Assembly: GCA_051003195.1 (NCBI GenBank)
Contig: JBPCLP010000001.1
Location: forward strand, 1-64,000
Origin: Candidatus Sumerlaeaceae bacterium
GTDB taxonomy: Bacteria; Sumerlaeota; Sumerlaeia; Sumerlaeales; Sumerlaeaceae
Direction: 5' to 3'
DNA: 64,000 bases
Positions 49,940 to 60,582 of the stretch are shown in pieces; the stretch's first letter is position 1, and each line of letters opens with the position of its first letter. Both the position numbers and the translations under genes were made by a program. The notes under the pieces are model-generated. The model saw only the letters and a list, made by a program, of their open reading frames with translations. It was not told where the DNA came from and did no database searches.

Positions 49940-51814
49940 CTAAAGCAGGGGGGAAGCCACGCGTTTTACAGGAAGCACACGCTGCAATGAGGCCGGTCTA
50001 TTACCTCTCAACCAGCGATTGCCCCAGAAACCGAGTGCGAAGAGCGCGAGCACTCCCGCTGCGGTTACGGCCCATCCCACATAATACGGGGAGGTATATC
50101 CCCGCGTGAGGTTTACGCGTGTCACCCCGGCTGGGACTTTCATGGAAATGTAGCCGCGATCGGTCTCCAGTTCGACTTTCTGTCCGCCTGCTGTTTCAGC
50201 CTTCCAGAAGGGATAGAACGTTACGGGGAGCGTGAGACGCCCCCCATTGTGCCCGCATTCCACCTGCGCGCTGCACGCCACCAGGCCAGGCTCCCTCTTC
50301 CATTCCAGCAGTCGACCATTGATCAACTGAGGCTGCTCGATAAAAAAGTTCTCAGCTTGTTCGATCGGATAGCCGCGCGGCATGTACTCAGCCAGCTCCG
50401 TGCAACCCTTGTCGCCGTACTTGTGCGCATACCCGGGCGTCAAAGTTTCCGAGATTACGTCCATTTTGAGTCGACGGATCGTATAGAAGTAGGGGACCTC
50501 TGCCACGAGAATTCCGCACAGGATAATCATTAGCCAATCCCTTTGGCCGCGCAATCGTACAGTCAGGCTACGAAGGCAAAGCGCCAGGAGTGCCGCAGCG
50601 AAAATTGGCAGCACTGAAAGCAGGCGCCATGGAAACTGGAGGTAACAGAACTGCTCGGGTAGAATGGAAATAAGTGGTTCCGGCCAAACGAGAAAGAGAA
50701 TCATTATCGGCATAACCACAAGTAGTCCATACTGCAGCCCCCGCTGGTAACGCAAAAGCGGCGCATTAGCGTTATGTCGGCGAAACAGCGCAAGGACGAC
50801 AGCGCCAAACACCACCATGTATCCGAAACCCAGCTTGAACGACATCGTATCGTTTGGGTTCTGGTACGAAACGCCCCACCAACGCTCAGGTTCAGCCCCG
50901 AAGAGCTGCTCAAAATCGATGCTATGCGCAATCACCTTTTCCGGCGCGGCCCACATGTATACCGCATCAGAAGCCCAGACGTCTTTCAAATACGCCTGCT
51001 GCGGAACAACATACCACGCTGCGAGCGCGAGCCCCAGAAGCGCATAGACCCATAGTGCAACAGCAGTGCGCCAGCGCCACCGGAACAGCAGAGACACGAG
51101 CAACACCAGGGCCAGCATCGTAACAAAATACATGGTCACGACGGTGTGGCTGGTCAGCGCGCCGGCAAGGCCGACAGCCATCCACCATCCGCGGCGGCCG
51201 ATACGCAGCAACTCGAGCGCGCCATACAATGCAACCGGGTACCATGCGGTACCCCAGCTCTCAGCCAACGCCCCCCGAACGTAGATGTTTACGAAACGGT
51301 ATGTCACTGTAATTGAAAGGATGGAAACCAGGGCTGCAATGGAGGGCCTGCGGCTGAGAGAATACCCGCAGGCATAAGTTCCGAGCGCCGACACCAGGGC
51401 GGACAAAAACAGGGCGGTGTTCAGTCCGAGCATCCGCTCATTAAACAGGATTCCCAGCAGCGCAGCGAGGCTATAGCTGAACGGCGGATAGAAAACGGGG
51501 AAGGCATATCCCGCGCCGCGTATGGTATCGGGCAACAGCATTGGCTGCCAGAAACCCAGGCGCATCTCCTCTTCATATTGCTGGGGTCGGATATAAACCG
51601 CAAAACTTTCATGCATAATCGCCATGTGCGTGCTGAGCTGCGGCCCGTACAGGTAGAGCACAGCCAGCAGTACGAGCGCAAGCCACCTTCCATGGATCGC
51701 GACTCGCCGCCTCAACCGGAGGCGCCACAGGGCGTGGTTGGATTTTGTGGACCACGAGTCAGTCGATGTGTCCCGTGCTGAAGCCATCTGTGTTTTTGCA
51801 GAGCGTTTTGCCAA
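49940..51814 (-). CDS. Polytopic membrane protein, GT-C/YfhO-like (PTPS-related family)
   Basis: GY.FP.FYPP, YR...Y.RGALAE, LQFPWR, EYMP, FYP.W. Confidence 0.7.
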   Translation of the reverse strand: MAKRSAKTQMASARDTSTDSWSTKSNHALWRLRLRRRVAIHGRWLALVLLAVLYLYGPQLSTHMAIMHESFAVYIRPQQYEEEMRLGFWQPMLLPDTIRGAGYAFPVFYPPFSYSLAALLGILFNERMLGLNTALFLSALVSALGTYACGYSLSRRPSIAALVSILSITVTYRFVNIYVRGALAESWGTAWYPVALYGALELLRIGRRGWWMAVGLAGALTSHTVVTMYFVTMLALVLLVSLLFRWRWRTAVALWVYALLGLALAAWYVVPQQAYLKDVWASDAVYMWAAPEKVIAHSIDFEQLFGAEPERWWGVSYQNPNDTMSFKLGFGYMVVFGAVVLALFRRHNANAPLLRYQRGLQYGLLVVMPIMILFLVWPEPLISILPEQFCYLQFPWRLLSVLPIFAAALLALCLRSLTVRLRGQRDWLMIILCGILVAEVPYFYTIRRLKMDVISETLTPGYAHKYGDKGCTELAEYMPRGYPIEQAENFFIEQPQLINGRLLEWKREPGLVACSAQVECGHNGGRLTLPVTFYPFWKAETAGGQKVELETDRGYISMKVPAGVTRVNLTRGYTSPYYVGWAVTAAGVLALFALGFWGNRWLRGNRPASLQRVLPVKRVASPLL

Positions 51815-51933
51815 GGCGAAGCACTACAGGCGTGTTCGAGATACTTCGCTCAACACTTTTCGCCCCGATCTTCTTTGAAACACATGTGAAATTAAACCTG
51901 CATCCGCGTACGCAGCAGTATGAGACGGAATTT

Positions 51934-53775
51934 CTACCGACCGCTTCCAGTTCCGGGCTGCTCGCCGCCGGGAATGCGTTTAACGGCATACACGTCGGCT
52001 TCCGGGAATCTCCGCGGCTCGCCTAAACCTAACGTGCTTTTCAAAAACTCATAAAGCCGGGTTCCAGGTCCGTACTCCGGCGGCAGGACGATCCAGGCTA
52101 TTTTCGCGCGCGTGCAAAAGTCCACGACCTGGGTGGAGTCCGGCAACGTATCGACCGCTTTGTCCTTCTGGAGCGCGAGCAGTGTGTTGAACATCAGATC
52201 GTTGCTGATCTTTTCCACGACGTCCTGCGGAATCCTTGATACATACGCGCACAGCAGTGGCTTGTGATGGACGCGTTGATCGATGAGCTGCTGTGTCTGG
52301 AGCATGCCTCCATTGTAACCGACGCCGGAACCGATGCCAACCGGGAACAGCAGCACGGTGCCTTGCTGCTTTGCCAGGAAATCACAGTAGGATGGCACTG
52401 GCGAAACCTTCAGCACGGGCGAAGGGGCAAACCAGAAATCTAACACCAGCAGCGGAGCAATCATAACGGGAACGAATCGACTCCAACGTGTGCGGGTGGA
52501 TTGGAGTGCGTCGCATCCCACGGCTACCAGGTATGCTATGCACGCATGCGCGCCCAATGCAAAGCGCGCCGGGACGCGTACCTGGTCCAGCAGCGGCAAG
52601 TCGGGCAGATAGCGACCCAACATGATCCATTTCCAATGCGTCTGCGCAGGCGCGGAGTACCGGTTTCCCACCGACAGGTTCACGAAAACCGCCACGGCAA
52701 TTACCCACGGCCATACGGGCCGGCTTCGACGCATCACAGCTCCAATGACGGCCAGTAGGATACAAGCCCAGCCAAGGTAAGCGCCAGCTTCGCTGTATTG
52801 CCACGGGAAAACTCCTGCAGTGGGATTCAGTGCCTTTCCCCATAATCCGTGGAATACCGGCGGCACAAAGAAGTCCCGGGGTCCGCAAAAGGTCTCGCTT
52901 CCGGCCCATGGTTTCGTGGAGTAATCGTGTCCGGAACGTGCCACCACGTATGCGCGTATCCACGGTAAAGCCAGTACCACAGAGACGCCTGCAGCGAGGA
53001 GAAGGTTTATCAACAATGGCTGCCATCGTAGCTTTATCCCGCGTTCCACCATGAGACTGAGCAGGCAGACACAGCACAACAGCAACGTCGTGACGAAAAT
53101 GGTAAGATCCGTAACGGCGGCCGCCCATACGCACACTCCCAGCGCGCCAGCGTTCAGCCAGTCGAATGGTCCGGCAAATGCGGTTCGCCTCAGAAACAGG
53201 AGCGCGAAGGGAATAAACTGGGTCTGGATCAGCGTGAGGTGCCCGGGCAAATGCGCAAAAACGAACGGGCTGAAAGCAAAAGCATAGCCGGCGAGAAACC
53301 CAGCCGCACGCGAAGTTTTTGCATCACGGCACAACAGGTAGAACCCAAGACCTGTCAGCGACATCGAGAGCAGTACCGATGCATTGTATGCCGCCGCAAT
53401 TCCCAACGCGGCATTCACCGGCCACGCCACCAGGGCCAGCAGATAGCAGTTGGTGTGAAATATCAGGTGCGCACCGTAGGGCGCCAGTTGCATCTCGGTA
53501 AACCAGAGACTTACACCGGGCTGGGTCAGGCCATAGGGCACATACCAGAAATTCCACAGGAGAGCAAATGCATCGCCATTATCTCCCGGAATTTGATTTC
53601 TGAAGTCGGCGCAAAGCGGCCACGTCTGAAAGACCGCGATTGCCGCAAACAGCAAAAACGCAATAATCGCCTCAGCGAACGTACCAGAAATCCATTCGAA
53701 AAGCCTCGGGCGCAACGGACTGCGTGGAGGTACAGGCGTGTGGTCAGCCTCAACCGTGAAGGAGCTGGTATCCAA
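51934..53775 (-). CDS. Polytopic membrane protein, GT-C/YfhO-like
   Basis: TWPL, GD...LWN, AYN, FAFSP, YLGW, RVPARF. Confidence 0.7.
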   Translation of the reverse strand: MDTSSFTVEADHTPVPPRSPLRPRLFEWISGTFAEAIIAFLLFAAIAVFQTWPLCADFRNQIPGDNGDAFALLWNFWYVPYGLTQPGVSLWFTEMQLAPYGAHLIFHTNCYLLALVAWPVNAALGIAAAYNASVLLSMSLTGLGFYLLCRDAKTSRAAGFLAGYAFAFSPFVFAHLPGHLTLIQTQFIPFALLFLRRTAFAGPFDWLNAGALGVCVWAAAVTDLTIFVTTLLLCCVCLLSLMVERGIKLRWQPLLINLLLAAGVSVVLALPWIRAYVVARSGHDYSTKPWAGSETFCGPRDFFVPPVFHGLWGKALNPTAGVFPWQYSEAGAYLGWACILLAVIGAVMRRSRPVWPWVIAVAVFVNLSVGNRYSAPAQTHWKWIMLGRYLPDLPLLDQVRVPARFALGAHACIAYLVAVGCDALQSTRTRWSRFVPVMIAPLLVLDFWFAPSPVLKVSPVPSYCDFLAKQQGTVLLFPVGIGSGVGYNGGMLQTQQLIDQRVHHKPLLCAYVSRIPQDVVEKISNDLMFNTLLALQKDKAVDTLPDSTQVVDFCTRAKIAWIVLPPEYGPGTRLYEFLKSTLGLGEPRRFPEADVYAVKRIPGGEQPGTGSGR

Positions 53776-53866
53776 TGCGCGTCAACTGCGTGAAGCAGTG
53801 GATGCTGGCAAACGTTTTAGTGTGCAGTATCGACAGAACCTACGCGCACCTAAACTCGAAGCGAGC

Positions 53867-54070
53867 TTAAACGATCATCCGCCAGGTAACGACGCCCAGT
53901 ATGAACAAGATAACTCCCATGATGCGCAGGAGCCAAATCATCATGCCATAGCTCACCTGTGGGGCGACTGTCATCGAGCGTTCCGCAAAACGCAGGACGG
54001 GCGCGGAAGCAGTTACAAGCAACAGGCCCGCGAACGCGATAAAAAGCCCGGCAACACTGTCGTAAGCCAT
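53867..54070 (-). CDS. Small two-TM membrane protein
   Basis: Strong RBS AAGGAGG; two hydrophobic helices. Confidence 0.65.
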   Translation of the reverse strand: MAYDSVAGLFIAFAGLLLVTASAPVLRFAERSMTVAPQVSYGMMIWLLRIMGVILFILGVVTWRMIV

Positions 54071-54580
54071 CGGTCGTGACCTCCTTCTGTAATCCTCGTT
54101 GAGTAACGCAGGCCGACTTCATATTGTACGACAACTATCTGGGTCCCCAGTTCCACTTCTGACACGTTTGAGGCAAACAGAGCAGAAATACACATTCCAT
54201 GCCAAACGACTGATTTAACTATCTTTAGATTCAATTCGAGCGGTGGATAATCTTATAAGCCGTGTATCTTCAATGCGCAGCCATTCGCTAAAATGCCCGG
54301 TATGGAACACAGGGGCTAAACACGATCCGGCAATGCTACTGATGGTAATGTCTTCAGACAGGGCCTCGGGCGGTAATTCGCAGAAACGAACCTCGCTTTA
54401 GCACGCCGTTCAGCTAATATCAGTTCGTGAAGCCGAAGCGGAGTACCTGGGCTGCTTGCTTCTGCCTAATAGTCGACAACAGCTATATCAAAGAAAGCGC
54501 GGCCGGCATCGCTTACGTTTTGCAGGGAACAGAGCCGCATGCGCGTAACGCTGCGCGAAAGTTCTAACTTCGCACTTCGT

Positions 54581-55690
54581 TCATCCGCGCGGCGTATAGC
54601 CAGGGGTAGAAGCTGCGAGTGCGACCGGTGCGCTGCCTGCAGCGTCAGCCGCAGCACCGTAATCCTCCCACGATGCCGGCGGTCCGTCCAGTCGTTCGAG
54701 AACGCGCTGCGCCAACAGTCGCATGAGTGCGGCATCGTCGTTCGGACATGGCAGGTACAGCATATCGTCCCATTGGAATTCTCCAAGTTGCTGCCGTCCC
54801 TCCAGCTGTGTTTCTCCATTGTCCGCGACAAACCCGAACGGGAGGTAGACTACCTTTCGAATGCCGCTTGCCTGGCTCTCCTTCGCCGCCTCTGTCACCG
54901 CCGGGAAAGTCCAGGTTCCGCCGAGCACATGATTTAACCAGCCGATCCGCACCGAACGGAACTTTGGTTTCAGGTGTTTACGTATCAGTCCAAAAAGGTA
55001 GCGAGTCTCACGCGCACCGGATTCGATGTGCCGTGGCAGACGGATGATCGTGCCATGCGCGCCGAGGATCAGAACGGACTCACGCGTCTTCGTTTCGCTC
55101 CAACCGGAGCGTTCGCAATGCGACCATATGTAGTCCGCAAGCAGTTTGCCGGCGCGTTCGTCGTAGCCGAACCGCTCGACGTAGCGCGGGGCCGGCAGCG
55201 GGTTGCGGCGGCCAGGCGTTGCGACGAACTTCCGCAGGTCGGCCTTGCTTACGCCGGACGTAAAATTGCTGTCGGCCACGTACAGCGGCAGGATTACCAG
55301 CTCATCAGGCGGGTCCACGAGCAGGCTTTTCAACACGGTCCAGATATACGGCTTCCGAAATTCCAGCACCAGCCGAACGTTAAATTCTACATCTGGTTGT
55401 GCAGCGTTCAGCTCTCGCTGTATGGCGGCGACTTGCCTGCGGCTTATATCCTCCAGCGGCGAATGGTAGTTCTCCGCATGAAACATTTTGCTGCGGAAGC
55501 GTCCCCGTTTTGCCGCGATGATCGGCATGACGTAGAGCGGGATAGGCGCTACCCGGCGCGTGAGACGATTCAGGATGCTTAAGGAATAACAGGCCTGCGT
55601 CCACCAGCCATTAGTCGGCGGCTCCCCATACGTGAGACATAGTACCTCAACGCGCTTCTTCCCCGCTCGTGCGCTGTTACTGGTGTTCAT
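54581..55690 (-). CDS. hemH: Ferrochelatase (divergent)
   Basis: YGEP, SPL, LPLY, GAHG, GFVADNGET..E, PCPND; last gene of the hem operon. Confidence 0.8.
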   Translation of the reverse strand: MNTSNSARAGKKRVEVLCLTYGEPPTNGWWTQACYSLSILNRLTRRVAPIPLYVMPIIAAKRGRFRSKMFHAENYHSPLEDISRRQVAAIQRELNAAQPDVEFNVRLVLEFRKPYIWTVLKSLLVDPPDELVILPLYVADSNFTSGVSKADLRKFVATPGRRNPLPAPRYVERFGYDERAGKLLADYIWSHCERSGWSETKTRESVLILGAHGTIIRLPRHIESGARETRYLFGLIRKHLKPKFRSVRIGWLNHVLGGTWTFPAVTEAAKESQASGIRKVVYLPFGFVADNGETQLEGRQQLGEFQWDDMLYLPCPNDDAALMRLLAQRVLERLDGPPASWEDYGAAADAAGSAPVALAASTPGYTPRG

Positions 55691-57096
55691 GGGACCAGTG
55701 GTTTCTCGTGCTGCGCAAACTGGGTGAGAAGCTGGCGCGCCGCGTCATTGCCCCGCACGATGCAATCCGGAATCGAAACTCCACCCGTATAATTACCAAG
55801 AAGCTTAATGGTGTCCGGCAGTGCCTGGGCTGCATGTTTCATACGCGCTACGTGTCCGACGCGAAAAATGGGAATCGCCTGTGGCAATCGCGTGACTTGA
55901 AACAGCACAGTCGAATCGTCTCGAAGTCCCATCGTCGTTTTTAGATCCGCAAGCACCTGCGCGCGCAAAGCAGCGTCATCGAGTCTGACCGCATCAGGGT
56001 CGATGTCGCCGCCATAAAAGCATGTCAGCAGGCGATGTCCCGCAGGCGCACGACCGCTGAAAATGCGGTCGCTCCAGATCATGCCAAGCGCGCGCACACC
56101 CTCGTTGCGAACCGTAAGAAATCCAAAACCGGATCGGCTTTCACGTAGCTGACCAGATCGCAGCCCTACGTGAACCACCACGACCGGAGCGTACGCGGTT
56201 GCTTGAATTATTTCGGTCGCGGAACTCGACACGTCGCGCAGAAGGGCTGCGCACGCCGATGACGGCTGTGTCAGTACGAGTTGCTCGCACTCAATAGACG
56301 ACTCGTTGCCGAGCATGAGATTCCATCCCGTGTCCTCCGTCGCCGTAGCACGCAATCCAGTTACCTTGTTGTTCAACAGCAATGCCCCGCCGGCTGCCAC
56401 GAAACTCTCGCGCAGTTTCTCGCTCAGCGCTGCAAGCCCGCCACGAAAGGAGACAAGCGATCGGGGGACCGCGCCGTTGTTCGTGGCGGCTGCCTTAACG
56501 GCCTTTATGGCGCGAACCGCGTCGATCAGCCGCTCGGTTCGGCAAAGTGTGGGAAATATTTCAGGCAACGTAGCTTCAAGGCTTATCCGATCCGCATCCG
56601 CCGCAAAAATACCGGCAATGCCTGGTTTCACCAGTACATCCACCGCGCCGTCGCCCACGCGCTGCCGGCAGAACGCTCCCAGTTCCATGTCCGCAGACGG
56701 CGCCGGAAATCGGGCTACAAAGCCATGCAGCACGTCGTACTTCTCGCGGAATGAAAGAAGCCGCGAGGTAATCAGTTGCGCCGGTCCTGTGGGTACTCGC
56801 CGCAGTTTCCCCCTCCGCCAGATGTAGCGGTCGTGCTTTGCGATGGGCTGTATTTCTGCCTCGTCCAGCAGACCGAGCTCTTCCAATAGCGCGAGCGCGT
56901 CAGGACTCGACGAGAAACTGTTCGGCCCGTACTCCAGCAGAAAGCCATCCACTTCACCCGTGCGAATAACGCCACCTACATTGTGGCTGCTTTCTACAAG
57001 CGCGGTTCGCATACCACCACCCGCCAGCCGATACGCGCACACAAGACCGCTGATTCCGGCGCCGACCACAACCACCTGGAATTGCGGTGTCTGCAC
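55687..57096 (-). CDS. hemY: Protoporphyrinogen/coproporphyrinogen oxidase, HemY type
   Basis: VGAGISGL, EYGPNS, GIFAAD, SFRGGL, GFGFL, GVSIPDC. Confidence 0.9.
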   Translation of the reverse strand: MQTPQFQVVVVGAGISGLVCAYRLAGGGMRTALVESSHNVGGVIRTGEVDGFLLEYGPNSFSSSPDALALLEELGLLDEAEIQPIAKHDRYIWRRGKLRRVPTGPAQLITSRLLSFREKYDVLHGFVARFPAPSADMELGAFCRQRVGDGAVDVLVKPGIAGIFAADADRISLEATLPEIFPTLCRTERLIDAVRAIKAVKAAATNNGAVPRSLVSFRGGLAALSEKLRESFVAAGGALLLNNKVTGLRATATEDTGWNLMLGNESSIECEQLVLTQPSSACAALLRDVSSSATEIIQATAYAPVVVVHVGLRSGQLRESRSGFGFLTVRNEGVRALGMIWSDRIFSGRAPAGHRLLTCFYGGDIDPDAVRLDDAALRAQVLADLKTTMGLRDDSTVLFQVTRLPQAIPIFRVGHVARMKHAAQALPDTIKLLGNYTGGVSIPDCIVRGNDAARQLLTQFAQHEKPLVP

Positions 57097-58478
57097 TACA
57101 CAGCCCGGGAAAAGAGTAGAGCGTCGCTCGATGATTTGAGATACGCATCAAATACAACAGCGATATTCCGCAGGAACAGGCGACCTTTATGCGTGACGCG
57201 CAGCGCATCGGGATCGAGCTGTATGAGCCCATCATCGACAAGCGGATGCAACCGTGCGGTTTCCACCTGCACGAGTTCCGAAATCTCGCTACCGCGCGCG
57301 CCGTCGTAGCGAAGCACGCCGTTGCACATCAGCTCCTCGATGATGAACCGCCGCAGTTCATCGTCAGCACTGCGAATCAACCCGCGTTCAACCGGCAGCA
57401 AACCTTCGGCAATCATCGAATTGTACTGCGAAAGTTTTTTAACGTTCTGCACGAACGCGCCCTCAAAATCGCTGATCGCCGATGTGCCGAATCCCAGCAG
57501 GTTCGTCCCGCGAAGCGTGGTGTAGCCCATGAAATTACGACGCAGCGTACCGGCCTGTTGTGCCTGCGTCAGCGAGTCGCCGGCTAACGCATAGTGATCC
57601 ATGCCGATAAAACTCCAACCTTCCGCGGTCAGCCGCTCATGTGCTTCGATAAACATTTCGAGCTTAAGCGGTGCGCCAGGCATTTCATGTTCATCCAGCA
57701 CGCGCTGATGCGGCAATTTCCCTGGAAGAAACGCAAAGTTATACAGGGCTATGCGGTCCGGTCGCAATTCGCGCACACGATCAAGGCTGGCGCTCCAGCT
57801 TTCCGCAGTCTGACGCGGCAGACCGTAAATCAGGTCGATATTGACGCTCTTGAACCCCGCGTCGCGCGCGGCAGCAACATTGGCAAACGTGCATTCCAGT
57901 GTCTGTTCGCGACCAATCGCGTGCTGCGTTTCCTCATGAAAGTCCTGCACGCCGAAACTGATCCGGCGAAAGCCGCTCACCTGCGCAAGCTGGCGGATTT
58001 CCTCTGGAGTTGCGACGCGAGGGTCCACTTCGATGCTCCGCTCCGCCGATTCACTGAATGTAAAAGCTCCCGAAACGATCGCGTTCAGCCGCGACATCTC
58101 ATCGCTCGTCAGGTAATTTGGCGTGCCACCACCGAGATGGAGCTGGATGACTTTCCCTGCACCCCGCCACAGTTCGCGCACCAGCTGTACTTCCCGCTCC
58201 AACCTGTTAAGATAGTCCCCGGCGACGCCCTCTTTCGTCGTGATGATAACGTTGCACCCGCAAAACAGGCATCGTTTACCGCAGAATGGGATGTGCACGT
58301 ACAGTGACAGGTCGCGGTCATTTTCGGAGCGCTGCCGCAGATGATCCGCCCACTCCGCCGGCCCCACTGCCGTTGTCCAGCAGGGCGCCGTGGGATAACT
58401 GGTGTAGCGCGGGATGCGCTGGTCATAGGCGCGTATGGATTCCGCAGAAATTCCCAATGACGCAAGCGACTGCGTCAC
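57096..58478 (-). CDS. hemN: Oxygen-independent coproporphyrinogen III dehydrogenase
   Basis: PRYTSYPTA, LYVHIPFCGKRCLFCGC, GGGTP, GMDHYA, RNFMGYT. Confidence 0.95.
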   Translation of the reverse strand: MTQSLASLGISAESIRAYDQRIPRYTSYPTAPCWTTAVGPAEWADHLRQRSENDRDLSLYVHIPFCGKRCLFCGCNVIITTKEGVAGDYLNRLEREVQLVRELWRGAGKVIQLHLGGGTPNYLTSDEMSRLNAIVSGAFTFSESAERSIEVDPRVATPEEIRQLAQVSGFRRISFGVQDFHEETQHAIGREQTLECTFANVAAARDAGFKSVNIDLIYGLPRQTAESWSASLDRVRELRPDRIALYNFAFLPGKLPHQRVLDEHEMPGAPLKLEMFIEAHERLTAEGWSFIGMDHYALAGDSLTQAQQAGTLRRNFMGYTTLRGTNLLGFGTSAISDFEGAFVQNVKKLSQYNSMIAEGLLPVERGLIRSADDELRRFIIEELMCNGVLRYDGARGSEISELVQVETARLHPLVDDGLIQLDPDALRVTHKGRLFLRNIAVVFDAYLKSSSDALLFSRAV

Positions 58479-59524
58479 GGCTGCTCACCCAGCGCGTGAA
58501 TCGCGGCGACGAACCGCCGCGCGGCATCCACCCTGGCCTGCGGGATAATACCGTGCCCAAGGTTCGCCACAAATCCGCGCCGCCAGTCGAAACCGTCCAC
58601 CATCGCCGTCACCGCCTTCTCAACCGCGTCGGGCACCATCAGCACACCGGGATCCAGGTTGCCCTGCAGCGCCACTGCATCGCCGATCTGCTGCCGCGCA
58701 TCGGCCAGCGAGTGCGTCCAGTCGATGCTCACCACATCGGCGCCGCTCTGCGCCATAAGGGGTAGAACTGCGGCACTGCCTTTGGCGTATAGCGTGACCG
58801 GGATTTCAGGACATGCTGCCTTTACACGCGCGATCAGTTTACGCTGATATGCTGCCGCAAACTCCTCGTACTCGGCGGGCCCAATGGTACAGGCCTGGCT
58901 TTCAAAAATCTGCACACCGTCTGCGCCACCCTGCTCGATTTGCGCGACGAGGTAATTTGCTGCGGTCGCTGTCGTGCGCTCCAGCATTTCGTGCAACAGC
59001 GCAGGTTCGCTGAAAAGCAGTTTCTTGATAGTTTGCTGATTACGGCTCATCTTGCCTTCAACCGCGTACGAGACCAGCGTGAAAGGCGCGCCCGCAAAAC
59101 CAATGACCGGCACCTGGTCGCCTGCTGCTTCCTTCACCCTGCGAATGCAGGCAGCTACGGCAGGAACATCGAACCTCGCTGCGCGGAAACGCTCCAGGTC
59201 GTGTTCAGATCGCAGAGGGTTCGAAATCACAGGGCCGCTATCGGGGAAATCGACCTGCAATCCCATGGCCTCCAGCGGGATTAGAATATCGTTAAAAACA
59301 ATCAGCACATCCACATCCAGCGTGCGCAGAGGGAGAACCGAAGCTGCAGCGCATGCATCGGGATTCGTACACAACTCCCGAAAAGTAAAACGCTCGCGCA
59401 GAGCCAGGTATTGTGGATCGTAACGCCCGGCCTGGCGCATAATCCACGCAGGCGGGCAGTCCACCTCTTGGCCGCGCACGGCGAGCAGGTAGCGCTCTTT
59501 CTTGCTGGTCGACGACAATTTCAC
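58475..59524 (-). CDS. hemE: Uroporphyrinogen decarboxylase
   Basis: PAWIMRQAGRY, FNDIL, IGFAGAPFTL.SY, LQGNLDP, NLGHG. Confidence 0.96.
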   Translation of the reverse strand: MKLSSTSKKERYLLAVRGQEVDCPPAWIMRQAGRYDPQYLALRERFTFRELCTNPDACAAASVLPLRTLDVDVLIVFNDILIPLEAMGLQVDFPDSGPVISNPLRSEHDLERFRAARFDVPAVAACIRRVKEAAGDQVPVIGFAGAPFTLVSYAVEGKMSRNQQTIKKLLFSEPALLHEMLERTTATAANYLVAQIEQGGADGVQIFESQACTIGPAEYEEFAAAYQRKLIARVKAACPEIPVTLYAKGSAAVLPLMAQSGADVVSIDWTHSLADARQQIGDAVALQGNLDPGVLMVPDAVEKAVTAMVDGFDWRRGFVANLGHGIIPQARVDAARRFVAAIHALGEQP

Positions 59525-59638
59525 TCGCGGCGGGCTGCCTTTGCTGTTCTTGAGCAAGAAAACGGATGCTCCGCGTCCCACCCGTTAATGTGTACCGCGC
59601 CGCGACTGCGCTATTGCCAGTAAATGCGTTACACTATC

Positions 59639-59959
59639 TCAGGCGTTAAAGGTCGGCAGGCAGGCTGGCTCGGGGCCTTGCGACAGCTCAACAAAAAAAG
59701 AGCGGCGCATGTGATCTCCGACGATCTGCGACACGCGAAACGGTCCGGCTTCCATCCCCATGATACGCAACTTGGCGGTCTTTACGAGTTGCTCAAGTTC
59801 GGTGATCTCGCAAGGATCTTCGGAAGAGCACTCGACCGTCACTTCAACTTTTCCATCGTGAAGTGTTGCGTGTGCATTATAGCCGATCATTTCCCAACTC
59901 ATCTGGGTCACGAGGTCGTTGATCCGCTTAAGATCGTATTCTTTTAATGGCAGAGGCAT
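59639..59959 (-). CDS. Hypothetical protein
   Basis: AAAGGA RBS before ATG 59959; coding-like codons. Confidence 0.55.
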   Translation of the reverse strand: MPLPLKEYDLKRINDLVTQMSWEMIGYNAHATLHDGKVEVTVECSSEDPCEITELEQLVKTAKLRIMGMEAGPFRVSQIVGDHMRRSFFVELSQGPEPACLPTFNA

Positions 59960-60055
59960 GGATGTGATTCCTTTCCGGCCTACAAGAAAGCGCAGGCGGA
60001 ATAGCAAATGCACGAAAAATCCGACCAAACCGAGGCTGCCTTAAATCATACGCAA

Positions 60056-60484
60056 TCAGCTCTTAAGCGTTGCCTGGAGATGAATGTCGGTACCTGCGAG
60101 CGCTTTGCTCACGGGGCAGCCCTTCTTTGCTCCTTCGGCAAGCTCCTGGAACTTTGCTTCTTCAATGCCCGGTACTTCGGCGTCGCACTTCAGCTCGATT
60201 CGCGTGATACTGAAACCATCGCCTGTTTTTTCGAGATGCGCGGTCGCAGTCGTATGCACCCGTGCAGGGGAAAACCCAGCCTTTTCCAGGCCGGCAGAAA
60301 ACGCCATTGAGTAGCACCCTGCATGCGCCGCCGCGATGAGTTCCTCGGGATTCGTTCCTTTGCCTTCTTCGAAGCGCGATGGAAATGAATAGCTGCCCTC
60401 AAAGGCGCCACTGCCCAGTTTCATGGTTCCGGCACCCTCTTTCAAGCCGCCCTTCCATTCCGCTTCCGATGTTCTTGCAGCCAT
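60056..60484 (-). CDS. osmC: OsmC family peroxiredoxin
   Basis: W.GGLKEG.G, SRFE, GTNPEELIAAAHAGCYSMA, AKKGCPVSKAL. Confidence 0.96.
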   Translation of the reverse strand: MAARTSEAEWKGGLKEGAGTMKLGSGAFEGSYSFPSRFEEGKGTNPEELIAAAHAGCYSMAFSAGLEKAGFSPARVHTTATAHLEKTGDGFSITRIELKCDAEVPGIEEAKFQELAEGAKKGCPVSKALAGTDIHLQATLKS

Positions 60485-60582
60485 GGCCTTGTCCTTTTAT
60501 TCTTGGTTTTAACCCAGTGGCGAGACGCGTAAGCAGTGCTTACAAGAGCAAACCGCTTAGTGTGGCACGGAGGATATCGCAT

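Noticed and set aside
54075..54560. AT-richer gap as a degraded gene or ncRNA
   Set aside because: No recognisable protein motif or convincing structure by eye.
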